Origin: an uncultured delta proteobacterium
GTDB taxonomy: Bacteria; Desulfobacterota; Desulfobacteria; Desulfobacterales; JAHEIW01
NCBI GenBank assembly: GCA_963706575.1
Contig: CAVPNL010000003.1
Location: 416,001 to 480,000 of the forward strand
Length of the DNA: 64,000 nucleotides
Reading direction: 5' to 3'
The position numbers and the translations under genes were made by a program. Shown here one piece after another: positions 18,974 through 27,874 of the stretch; the first letter of the stretch is position 1, and each line of letters opens with the position of its first letter. The notes beneath the pieces are model-generated. The model searched no databases. It was not told the DNA's origin and was given only the letters and a program-made list of their open reading frames with translations.

Positions 18974-21331
18974 GAAGGATGTGTGTTGGGTTCTGGATAT
19001 GATCTCCTCCTGATGATCCGTGTCCAGATCTACGAAATAATCACTGTATCCCGCCACCCGCACCAGAAGATCCCGATATTCATGCGGTTTCCGTTGCGCC
19101 CGTCGCAGGATTTCAGAATCGACAATGTTAAACTGAATATGATGCCCGTTGAGGTTAAAGTAGGTGCGGATCAGGTGGCACAATTTTTCGATGCCGTCTT
19201 CACCCTGCAGAACGCCGGGCAGAAATCTCTGATTTAACAGCGTACCGCCGGATTTAACCTGGTCCATCTTGGCCAAAGACTTGATCACCGCCGTAGGGCC
19301 ATTGCGGTCGGCGCCATGGGCCGGCGATGTCCCGTCTGAAATCGGCAGCCCGGCCAGACGGCCGTTGGCCGAGGCCCCCAGCATTTTCCCGAAATAAACA
19401 TGGCAGGTGGTGGACAGCATGTTGAGATGATAGGTCGTCCCCTTGGTATTGGGTTTACCGTCAATGGCGCCAAACAGGTCGGCATATACCCGCTGCATGA
19501 TTCCGTCGGCTTCGTCGTTGTCATTGCCGTAAAACGGTGTTTTATTTAATAACCGCAATCTCAGGGCCTTTTGACCTTCAAAATTTCCGCGCAGGGTCGT
19601 CAGCAGATCTTCCATGCCAACGGCTTTTTTATCAAATACATGGGTTTTGATCGCCGACAGGCTGTCCGTCACCGTTCCGATGCCACAACACTGAATATAA
19701 TTGGTGTTATAACGCGGCCCCCCGTCGTAATAATCTTTTCCTTTGGCGATACAGTCTGCAATAACCACGGAAAGAAAGGGTGCCGGGGCATATCTGGCAT
19801 ACATGCGCTCAATGTAATTGTTCACTTTTATTTTCAGATCCACGATATGATTCAGCTGGCGCACGAAGGCTTCATAAAGCATGCTAAAATCCTCAAATGC
19901 CGCCGGATCTCCGGTTTGCAGTCCAACGGCTTCACCGGAGAGCGGATCGCTGCCGTTGTTTAACGCCAGTTCCAGAATTTTGGGAAGATTTAAATAGCCG
20001 GTTAAAATATAGGCTTCTTTGCCGAAAGCACCGGTTTCAATACAGCCACTGCATCCACCTTCCCGGGCATCTTCCAGGGTCTTACCGGTTCGGACCTGTT
20101 CCATGACGACTTCGTCGGCATTAAAAACCGAGGGATAACCATAACCTTTGCGAATCACCCGGCAGGCCGACTTTAAAAACCGATTGGGTGTCTTATGGCT
20201 AATTTGAACATTGCTGCCGGGTTGCAGCAAATGCAGCTCATCGATCGCTTCCAGCATGATATAGGAGACATCATTGACGGCGTTTGATCCATCGCTTTTC
20301 AGGCCGCCGATATTGATGTTGGTGAAATCATTATAGGTGCCGCTTTCCAGCGCTGTAACGCCCACTTTGGGGGGGGCCGGCTGGTTATTAAACTTAATCC
20401 AGAAGCACTCGATCAGTTCTTTGGCGCCATCACGATCCAGGGTGCCGTCGGCCAGACCTTTTTCATAAAACGGCAACAGGTGCTGATCCAGATGGCCCGG
20501 GTTCATGGCATCCCAACCGTTCAGCTCGGTGATGGTCCCCAGATGAACAAACCAGTACATCTGGAGGGCTTCCCAGAAATCCTGCGGTGCATGGGCCGGC
20601 ACCCGCTGACAGACGGCGGCAATCCGCTCGAGTTCCTTTTTTCGGTTGGGATCGCTTTCTTTGGCGGCCAGCACCAGGGCCAGCTCGGCATGCCGTTGCC
20701 CAAAAATGATGGCGGCATCACAGGCGATATCCATGGCCGTCAATTCTTCGGCTTTATCGGCCGCCTCAGGATCATTTAGATAATCCAGGCGTTCCAGGCT
20801 ATCGGCGATCTCCGCTTTGAAGTCCAGCATGCCTTGGCGATAGATGATTCCGTCCAGGGTGGTGTGCCCCCGTGCGCGCTGCTCCATGAACTCGGTAAAT
20901 GCCCCGGCGGTATAGGCGCGCTTCCATTGATCCGGCACGCGACCAAAAACCCGTTCCCGCATGCTGCGGCCATTCCAGAAAGGAATCACCACTTCCCGGT
21001 AGATTTCCACGGCCTCGTCGGCAACCGCATAACGGGTCATTTCCCTGGAATCCAGGATCTTCAAATCCTCCAATGAATGGCAGGTCAATTCCGGAAAGGT
21101 CGATACGGCCTTCGGAAACGGACCGCGTTCGCCGACGATGAGTTCGTCATCGCCGATGTAGATCGTTTTTTTCTGGCACAGATTTTTGAAATTCAGCGCC
21201 CGCAACACCGGTACTGAATATTTTCCGTCATTGTCCCTGTAAAATTCTGTGACCAGCAGGGCGCGCTCGGCCGAAAGGCAGGGCCGGGCCTCAAAGCTTT
21301 TCTCGCGCAGCCGGGCAATTCTTTTGTTCAT
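18971..21331 (-). CDS. hypD: Glycyl radical enzyme, trans-4-hydroxy-L-proline dehydratase-like
   Basis: FTEFMEQR..GH, WDA, QPAPPKVG..LESGTYNDF, SGCIE (catalytic Cys/Glu), LTGY, MLSTTCH and RVAGYS motifs match HypD as recalled; 786 aa. Confidence 0.85.
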   Translation of the reverse strand: MNKRIARLREKSFEARPCLSAERALLVTEFYRDNDGKYSVPVLRALNFKNLCQKKTIYIGDDELIVGERGPFPKAVSTFPELTCHSLEDLKILDSREMTRYAVADEAVEIYREVVIPFWNGRSMRERVFGRVPDQWKRAYTAGAFTEFMEQRARGHTTLDGIIYRQGMLDFKAEIADSLERLDYLNDPEAADKAEELTAMDIACDAAIIFGQRHAELALVLAAKESDPNRKKELERIAAVCQRVPAHAPQDFWEALQMYWFVHLGTITELNGWDAMNPGHLDQHLLPFYEKGLADGTLDRDGAKELIECFWIKFNNQPAPPKVGVTALESGTYNDFTNINIGGLKSDGSNAVNDVSYIMLEAIDELHLLQPGSNVQISHKTPNRFLKSACRVIRKGYGYPSVFNADEVVMEQVRTGKTLEDAREGGCSGCIETGAFGKEAYILTGYLNLPKILELALNNGSDPLSGEAVGLQTGDPAAFEDFSMLYEAFVRQLNHIVDLKIKVNNYIERMYARYAPAPFLSVVIADCIAKGKDYYDGGPRYNTNYIQCCGIGTVTDSLSAIKTHVFDKKAVGMEDLLTTLRGNFEGQKALRLRLLNKTPFYGNDNDEADGIMQRVYADLFGAIDGKPNTKGTTYHLNMLSTTCHVYFGKMLGASANGRLAGLPISDGTSPAHGADRNGPTAVIKSLAKMDQVKSGGTLLNQRFLPGVLQGEDGIEKLCHLIRTYFNLNGHHIQFNIVDSEILRRAQRKPHEYRDLLVRVAGYSDYFVDLDTDHQEEIISRTQHTSF

Positions 21332-21337
21332 GGGGTC

Positions 21338-22246
21338 CTATCCTCCGATTTTTACCTGCAGACCGGATCTTTTAAGCCTTCCGGCAATGATTTTCAATTT
21401 CTCGTCGCTGGGGCGCGCAATGTCCGGCGAAACACATTTCATTCCGAGCCGGCCGTATTTGCCTCGAGCAGAATTGTGAAAAGGCAATATCGCGATCTGC
21501 TCAACCCCGGGAAGGGCAGAAACAAAGGCAGCGGTTCGATCGATATTTTCGGCATCACTGTTGATGCCTGGAATGATCGGGACGCGCACCTGTATTCTGG
21601 CATTATTTTGGGCCAGCAGCTTCAAATTATCTAGTATCCGTTCATTGGATACACCAGTAAAATCCCGATGTTTGGCAGCATCCATGACCTTCAAGTCATA
21701 CAAAAACAAATCCGTCTTTTGGGCCACTTCCAAAAGAAGCTCGCTATCCGCATAGCCGGTAGTGTCTACCGTTCGGTGAAGATCAAGCTCTGCGCAGGCG
21801 TCAAGGAGCGCTAATAAAAAATCAGGCTGCATCAGGGGTTCGCCACCGGATAAGGTAATGCCCCCGCCCGACTCATCATAGAAAGCAATATCTTTTTCAA
21901 TCTCACGCATCACGTCGCCGACCGTTACCTTGCGGCCAACAAATTCGACTGCCCCCGACGGGCAATGATCGGCACAGGTTTGGCACAGATCACATTTTGC
22001 AGGATCGGCAACAATGCCTTCTGCTGTTTGCGTCATGACATCATGGGGACAAATCTGAATACATTCACCGCAGCCGATGCAACGCTCCTGACGGTAGATT
22101 CTTTGAGATGCAACGGTTATGCCTTCTGGATTGTGACACCAGCGGCACGCCAGTGGACACCCCTTGAAAAACACCGTGCTTCGAATACCCGGCCCGTCGT
22201 GAATCGCATATTTTTTTATATCAAAAATGGTGCCTTCTGCCATCAT
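21338..22246 (-). CDS. Glycyl-radical enzyme activating enzyme
   Basis: HDGPGIR, GCPLACRWCHNPE, two ferredoxin-type Cys clusters, SGGEP. Confidence 0.95.
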   Translation of the reverse strand: MMAEGTIFDIKKYAIHDGPGIRSTVFFKGCPLACRWCHNPEGITVASQRIYRQERCIGCGECIQICPHDVMTQTAEGIVADPAKCDLCQTCADHCPSGAVEFVGRKVTVGDVMREIEKDIAFYDESGGGITLSGGEPLMQPDFLLALLDACAELDLHRTVDTTGYADSELLLEVAQKTDLFLYDLKVMDAAKHRDFTGVSNERILDNLKLLAQNNARIQVRVPIIPGINSDAENIDRTAAFVSALPGVEQIAILPFHNSARGKYGRLGMKCVSPDIARPSDEKLKIIAGRLKRSGLQVKIGG

Positions 22247-22281
22247 CTCCTACCGGTTTTAAGCAAATCACTGAAGACATA

Positions 22282-22310
22282 AAATTATGCCCGGTGACCT
22301 GAAAAGTCAA
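22282..22310 (-). promoter_or_regulatory. Putative sigma70 promoter for activase-hypD
   Basis: TTGACT-17 nt-TAATTT on minus strand. Confidence 0.4.
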
Positions 22311-22414
22311 TAATAATGAAATCTTATTTTAAGCAGAAAATTATTGAAACGGGTTGAAAATTGATTTATTCGCTTTAACTAAGGTGCATAAAATTGGGAC
22401 AAGGAGGCAGCAAA

Positions 22415-22699
22415 ATGATCAAGGTTCATATCAAAAGAAAGGTGACGCCCGAAAAAATGGAGGGCCTGCGCGTGTTGATCAATGAATTACGGTCACTGAC
22501 CATGGGTCAAGCGGGATATATCGCCGGTGAAACCCTGCAACGCGTGGATCAGCCCGGAGAAAGCCTGGTGGTTGCCAAATGGCAATCCGCCGATTACTGG
22601 CAGCAATGGCAGCGAAGCAAAGCACGCTCGGAGATTCAGGACAAAATTGATCAACTGCTGGGAGAAAAAACGATTTACGAGATCTATGAATATGACTAG
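22415..22699 (+). CDS. Antibiotic biosynthesis monooxygenase (ABM)-fold protein
   Basis: QAGYIAGETL...VVAKWQS..YWQQW pattern; ATG 22415 after AAGGAGG. Confidence 0.75.
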   Translation: MIKVHIKRKVTPEKMEGLRVLINELRSLTMGQAGYIAGETLQRVDQPGESLVVAKWQSADYWQQWQRSKARSEIQDKIDQLLGEKTIYEIYEYD

Positions 22700-22840
22700 A
22701 CCGGTTTCTAAACCCCTGTCTCTTGCCGGGAGCTGTGTGGCTAAATAGTGAATTGATCGCGGCACGATGCCGCTCCCACCTGCATGAAAAATGGGGGAGT
22801 GGCTTCGACTCGGCTGAGCTCGTCGCAGGCCAGCCACGAT
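22697..22840 (+). repeat. Composite repeat element (MITE-like end + REP doublet with a nested hairpin insert)
   Basis: Starts at the TAG of the ABM gene; atcgcggcacgatgccgctcccac ... gggagtggcttc[gactcggctgagctcgtcgcaggc]cagccacgat. Confidence 0.85.
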
Positions 22841-22862
22841 CGGAACGCTCCGCTGTGGTTAT

Positions 22863-23913
22863 CTATACTACACGGATATAGGGCCTATCCGATGCGGTGA
22901 CCTCACCTACCCTGACTGCAGTTTCGACACCTCCTTTTTTCAGTTGTGCGATCAGTTCATCGGCCTGGGAGTCGGCAACAGCGATCAACAGACCGCCGGA
23001 GGTCTGGGGATCAAAGAGCAATTGCTGTTCCTCGGCAGATCGATGAGCGGTCATTTCCCAGGCGCCTTCAGCCAGTCTGCGGTTGGCCTTGTTGCTGCCC
23101 GTGGTTTCACCCTTTTGGTACATTTGTAAGGCATTTGGATAAAAGGGAAGCTTTTCGTAAATCAGGTCGATTTGGACATCACTGCCCCGGGCCAGCTCCA
23201 GTGTATGGCCCAGGATCCCGAACCCGGTTACATCGGTGCAGGCATGCACATCAAATTTCACGGCGGCTTCTATGGCCTTACGGTTAAGACGCGGCCACCC
23301 GGGGTAAGATGGCTTCCAGTTCCGGGTAAGGGAGTTTACCCGAGCGGTTGGCGTTAAACAGCACGCCGGTTCCCAGGGGCTTGGTCAGAATTAGGGCATC
23401 ACCGGCCCGCGAACCGCTATTGGTCAGGATACGATCTGGGTGCACGCTGCCGGTAACCGCCAGACCGTACTTGGGTTCATTGTCATCCACCGAGTGCCCG
23501 CCGGCCATCGAGGCATCCGCTTCCCGCACCTTGTCGCTGCCGCCCCGCAGAATGTCTTTTAAAAAAGCCATGTCCAGCTTCTTGGAGGGAAACATCACCA
23601 GGTTCAAAGCGGTCAACGGTTTGCCCCCCATGGCATAGACATCCGACAGGGAATTGGCCGCCGCAATCTGGCCGAACCAATAGGGATCATTCACCGGGGG
23701 GGTGATGTAATCCACCGTACTGATCAGCGCCATATCCGGCGCTACCCGATATACGGCGGCATCATCGCTGGTATCAAAGCCCACCAGCAGATTGGGGTCG
23801 TTTGAGGCTCCCAGCCCCTTGAGCACTTCCGACAGCTCCGTCGGACCGATTTTGGCCGCTCACCCGCAGGTGCGTGACAGACCCATCAGTGTTTTTTTCT
23901 TTCTGAAAAACAT
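22863..23913 (-). CDS. selD: Selenide,water dikinase (selenoprotein), with in-frame UGA and a 1-nt frameshift near 23289; intact or pseudogene status uncertain
   Basis: ATG 23913 reads [26 protein letters not shown] into ORF 23284-23826 ([30 protein letters not shown]); removing one base joins LNRKA...TDVTGFG...DPQTSGGLL, giving 349 aa. Confidence 0.9.
23821..23862 (-). promoter_or_regulatory. Sec codon plus SECIS-like hairpin
   Basis: TGA at 23862-23860; stem TCCGACG-gagc-TGTCGGA with a G-first loop 21 nt downstream of UGA. Confidence 0.75.
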
Positions 23914-24193
23914 AAGTTTCCGTTTGAATTTAAAATAGTTATCTCAATTGCAATCATTGGATAATCTAAATGAATATTCTGAAAAACTCAAATATATAAT
24001 ATCGATGAACCAATTATGAAGTATAGAAAATATCTATCAGGCGCTATTGAAACAAATTAAGGCTGAATTACATCAAATGGGATTGTCAGGTGCCAGATCA
24101 CTAAATGTCATCGCGGCGTCAAAATGGAACTGCGTCTGCGGTGAAGCTGTAGCGGCGCGTTTAAATAAAGACGCAAGGGAAACTACTGCCTTT

Positions 24194-26101
24194 TTATTCT
24201 AATAATTCATCAACCCAATCCAGGTCCAATTCCAGCAATTTAGCGCGCGCGGGCCGGCCGGTTTCCGGATGGCAGCCGATCATCTCATAATAAAGACGGA
24301 TCGCCTCGTTAAAATCGTCCTCTTTAAATATTTGCTGGCCGGCATTGGCACCGTCAGGCTTGGGATCAAACAGTCTGTGCGGCAGGCGATCATCTTTAAT
24401 CGTAAACCCGTCGCGACTGTTAAAGGCCCGCGCAAGCATGGTGCCGCGCTCTCCGGCCCGCATCAATTCAAACAAACCGGTCTCCCAACCCGTAACGGCG
24501 TTAACGCATTTGACCATCGTCTCGATGGGCATCACCCCCCGGGGCGCATAACCAAATACGCAAAGACCTAGGGCATCCAGCGTGCGCCAGAAGTTTTCCA
24601 GCAATTTGTAATTTCTTACTTTCTGGGTGGTTATATGGGTGGCATGCATGGGTTCATAGATTCCCAACGGCTTTACCGAATTTAAGGCAAATGAATTTTC
24701 GTTGACGAAAACCGTATCATGCGCGGCGGTCATATGGTCCGCGCCGTAAGGACTGACCGCAAAACCGATTCCGACGCCGACCTTCACCCGGGGATCATGC
24801 ATGGACACCTCTTGCCCTTTGACCGCCAGATGGCAGGGCTTATCGGCAACGCCCCATTGCCGGGCCAGCCGCGACGAGCCTTCCGCCAGACGATCGCCAA
24901 ATCCTTCCCGGCGCGCGATCATCTCCAACAGACGGATCATCAAATCGGCATCCCCGAAGCGCAGCTCAAGGCCATCGGTATCCGCAGTGGTGATAATTCC
25001 CTCTTCGAAGCATTCGCAGGCAAAGGCAATGGTCATGCCGGCGGAGATGGTGTCGATGCAATAGCGATTACAGATTTCATTGCCCTTGGCAATGGCCTTT
25101 AAATCCGTAATATTTAAATTGGTGCCCAGGGCCGAGATGGTCTCGTACTCCGGCCCGCCGTAACGCGAATCCACACCATATTTGGCATCATCAAGGGCAA
25201 TGCCGCGTTTACAGCGGATGGGGCAGGCATAGCAGCCTTTTCTTTTTTGCAGCAGGATTTCATTATAGGTGTCCCCGCTCACGGGGACGGGATCATCCAG
25301 GCTGCTGCGCCGAAAATTATTGACCGGCAGGGCTCCGGCGGCAGACAGGATTTCAGGAAACGCGGTGGTGCCATAGACAAACAGCTGTTCGCCGATCGGG
25401 TTCTCCTTAAAGGTGCGGGCATAGTTCTGGGCGGTGTCGCGCAAAAATTCCGGCTTTTCAAATGTTAATTTTTCCGTGCCCAAAGCGGCCACAGCCCGCA
25501 GATTTTTGGCGCCCATCAGAGCACCGAACCCGTTGCGGCCGTTGAAATGCCCCAGGTTGTTGGTGATATTGGCAAAGCGCACCCGGTTCATCCCCGCCAG
25601 ACCGGTCTGGGCTACCCGGATTTTTTTGCTGCCCATTTCCCCGCGAATGGCATCTTCAACTTCACGTGCGCCCGCATCGGATAAATGTGCGGCATCTTTG
25701 ATCTCGGCTTTAGCGCCGGTCACCCACAGATACACCGGCTTTTCCGACCGGCCTTGAAAGACAACGGCATCGAATCCGGCCATCTTCAGCTCGGGGCCGA
25801 AAAAACCGGCGGCCTCTGATTCGCCGGCGGTTCCGGTAAGCGGCGATTTTCCGACGGCCGCAAAGCGGCAGGATGCCGGCAGCGGGGCACCGGTCATCAC
25901 ACCGGAGGCCAGCACCAGGATGTTCTCCGGTGCAAAGGGATCGGTGCCGGCGGGCACTTTCTGCATGAGATAGTGATAGCCGATTCCGCGCCCGCCCAGA
26001 TAGGATCGGTAAAACGCTTCGCCCGGTTCTTCAATCTCGACATTTTGATTGCTCAGATCCACATGCAAAATCTTTCCCGTATAACCGTTTGCCATGACCA
26101 T
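24194..26101 (-). CDS. Aldehyde:ferredoxin oxidoreductase family (W/Mo-bis-pterin)
   Basis: GYTGKILHVDLS, KSPLTG, GRNGFGALMGAKNL, CYACPIRC, GPEYET, DTIS, HDPR and GLC motifs. Confidence 0.92.
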   Translation of the reverse strand: MVMANGYTGKILHVDLSNQNVEIEEPGEAFYRSYLGGRGIGYHYLMQKVPAGTDPFAPENILVLASGVMTGAPLPASCRFAAVGKSPLTGTAGESEAAGFFGPELKMAGFDAVVFQGRSEKPVYLWVTGAKAEIKDAAHLSDAGAREVEDAIRGEMGSKKIRVAQTGLAGMNRVRFANITNNLGHFNGRNGFGALMGAKNLRAVAALGTEKLTFEKPEFLRDTAQNYARTFKENPIGEQLFVYGTTAFPEILSAAGALPVNNFRRSSLDDPVPVSGDTYNEILLQKRKGCYACPIRCKRGIALDDAKYGVDSRYGGPEYETISALGTNLNITDLKAIAKGNEICNRYCIDTISAGMTIAFACECFEEGIITTADTDGLELRFGDADLMIRLLEMIARREGFGDRLAEGSSRLARQWGVADKPCHLAVKGQEVSMHDPRVKVGVGIGFAVSPYGADHMTAAHDTVFVNENSFALNSVKPLGIYEPMHATHITTQKVRNYKLLENFWRTLDALGLCVFGYAPRGVMPIETMVKCVNAVTGWETGLFELMRAGERGTMLARAFNSRDGFTIKDDRLPHRLFDPKPDGANAGQQIFKEDDFNEAIRLYYEMIGCHPETGRPARAKLLELDLDWVDELLE

Positions 26102-26148
26102 TCCCCTTTCCCGCCGGTGGTTTAAATCCTGATTGATAATACTGCAGC

Positions 26149-26177
26149 ACTATAAAATACTGTTGTGAATCTGTCAA
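26149..26177 (-). promoter_or_regulatory. Putative sigma70 promoter of the AOR gene
   Basis: TTGACA-17 nt-TATAGT on minus strand. Confidence 0.65.
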
Positions 26178-26412
26178 AGCCTGTTCAGGATTTGAGCCGC
26201 TGACCATTAGCGGTTAGCCGCTAACCAACAACACAAGCCCGGACTTGAAAGAACCTCTCGACGACTTATGTTTATTCAGACATTGACGAATTTGGGTATT
26301 CTGGTATAGCGGTTTAAAGATTCAGGCGCTGGATTTATTATCAATTCGACATTTCGCTTGCAAAGTGACACAACATAGCAAATCAACTCAAACGCTAAAA
26401 ATGGGAGTATTC

Positions 26413-26634
26413 ATGGGAAAAGCAGAAGTCGTCATATTTAAGCCTTATCCGTTTGCTGTCGGTCAAAAAATTTTTATCGATGGCGGACCCCGTAAAGGAG
26501 ATTGGGAAGTTATCGGAGTCAGTGACCGCAAGGTCAAACTGCGCTGCCCGATCTCCGCAAGGGAGTTTGAATGGAATCGCTTTTGTTATTTTGCGAAAGC
26601 GCATAAGGATGAACCGTGGCCGCACGCGGATTGA
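26413..26634 (+). CDS. Small hypothetical protein (73 aa, beta-rich)
   Basis: ATG after GGAG; protein-like composition; first of a co-directional run. Confidence 0.65.
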   Translation: MGKAEVVIFKPYPFAVGQKIFIDGGPRKGDWEVIGVSDRKVKLRCPISAREFEWNRFCYFAKAHKDEPWPHAD

Positions 26635-26639
26635 TAGTG

Positions 26640-26688
26640 GGTATTGGACATTAGGTATTGGATATGGGGTATGGGTTAATGCATATGG
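26640..26688. repeat. One-armed heptamer array (GGTATTG-type)
   Basis: ggtattg-gacatta-ggtattg-gatatgg-ggtatgg-gttaatg-catatgg. Confidence 0.65.
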
Positions 26689-26720
26689 GATACGCTAAGC
26701 ACGCATTGGGGAAAAGATGA

Positions 26721-26909
26721 ATGAAATCAGATCTAAAAAAATTAGAGGACAAATTAAAAGAGCTGGATGAAAAAATTGTGGAAATCAACAAACGCATGCC
26801 GGCGCATTCCGTCAAACCGCCAATAATGACGGAGCTGTTTGGGCTCGAAGATGAACGCGATGAAATTCTCAAACAGCTTAAGGTATTACAGCAAAGAAAA
26901 GACAGGTGA
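26721..26909 (+). CDS. Small helical-hairpin/coiled-coil hypothetical protein
   Basis: Two heptad-rich helices joined by MPAHSVKP. Confidence 0.65.
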   Translation: MKSDLKKLEDKLKELDEKIVEINKRMPAHSVKPPIMTELFGLEDERDEILKQLKVLQQRKDR

Positions 26910-26923
26910 TTAATCGAGCGTTT

Positions 26924-26963
26924 GGGGAGCTCTCCCCGTCATGCCCGCCAGCGCGGGAATGAC
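26924..26963. repeat. Tandem small palindromes (GTCAT.CCCGC...GCGGGAATGAC type)
   Basis: ggggagctctcccc followed by gtcatgcccgc-cagc-gcgggaatgac. Confidence 0.6.
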
Positions 26964-27027
26964 AAGCTTGCAATGAAAAAACTCATAGACCCCTGAATTA
27001 ATTTGATCCATCGGAAAATCTGAGGGA

Positions 27028-27219
27028 ATGATATTGGCACACTGCGTGAATCATCCGGATAGAGAAACGAGCTATGAATGCAGCAAACACCAGATCGCTA
27101 TGTGCGAGGATTGCTTAGAATGCCGCGATCCGGATATCTACTGCAAGTTCCGGGAGTCCTGTGCAATCTGGTTTCTCACAAAAAAGAACTTTGATGATGA
27201 AACAGCAGAAGGTAATTGA
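27028..27219 (+). CDS. Small Cys/His-rich putative metal-binding protein
   Basis: CxxH-x8-CxxH-x4-CxxCxxC-x6-C-x5-C; GAGGG SD (true start may be TTG 27034). Confidence 0.7.
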   Translation: MILAHCVNHPDRETSYECSKHQIAMCEDCLECRDPDIYCKFRESCAIWFLTKKNFDDETAEGN

Positions 27220-27242
27220 ATAATTCTTAGCCGGAGGCGATC

Positions 27243-27758
27243 GTGGACAAATTTAACTATCGGCCCATCGGAATCATCCACTCACCCTTTAAGAGCCGTG
27301 AAGGAACGCCCATCCAGCCAATCGGAGCAATCGGCGTAAAGGCAGGAGTTGAAATTTTTCCAGAATATGTGGAAGGACTGCAGGACCTGGAGGGATTTTC
27401 ACATATTATTCTGCTGTATCATTGTCATCTCTCAAAAGCCTATAGGCTGAAGGTAAAACCTTTTTTAGATGATGTGGAACGTGGGCTGTTTGCAACGCGG
27501 GCCCCTGCCCGGCCCAATCCGATCGGCATGTCGCTGGTGCGGCTCATGCGAATCGAGAATGCCACCCTTTTTGTTCAGGATATCGATATCATCGATCAGA
27601 CCCCGCTGCTGGATATTAAACCGTTTGTGCCGGATTTTGATGTGCGAAAAGCCGCAAAGACCGGCTGGCTTGAAAAGAAGGCCTCAAATGCTAAAAAAAT
27701 TTGCGACGACGGCAGATTTGGGGATTGCGCTATGCCGCATAAGGATAGAGGGCAGTAA
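27243..27758 (+). CDS. tsaA: tRNA m6t6A37 methyltransferase TrmO/TsaA family
   Basis: PIGIIHSPF, GLQDLEGFSH, GLFATRAPARPNPIG and TPLLDIKP motifs. Confidence 0.9.
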   Translation: MDKFNYRPIGIIHSPFKSREGTPIQPIGAIGVKAGVEIFPEYVEGLQDLEGFSHIILLYHCHLSKAYRLKVKPFLDDVERGLFATRAPARPNPIGMSLVRLMRIENATLFVQDIDIIDQTPLLDIKPFVPDFDVRKAAKTGWLEKKASNAKKICDDGRFGDCAMPHKDRGQ

Positions 27759-27874
27759 GCAGTTGCGCGAATTCGGATTCAATTAAAAGGTAACCACATT
27801 TCCAACGGTGTTGACAATGACTTTGTCTTTGATCAGAAATTTCACCTCATAAGCACCATAACATCACAAACACA

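Noticed and set aside
18782..19237. 151-aa plus-strand ORF
   Set aside because: Runs through a repeat element and antisense to hypD; no recognisable motifs
22863..23826. Two separate selD-like genes as in the ORF track
   Set aside because: They are consecutive halves of one SelD joined by a 1-nt frameshift
24005..24202. Possible second UGA-containing ORF (MNQL-TGA-SIENIYQALL...) divergent from selD
   Set aside because: No SD, no SECIS-like hairpin after the TGA and no recognisable motif; likely chance
27028..27219. Cys-rich microprotein as precursor for the RiPP-type radical SAM enzyme
   Set aside because: 13 kb away, no leader/core organisation; pattern fits a metal-binding finger
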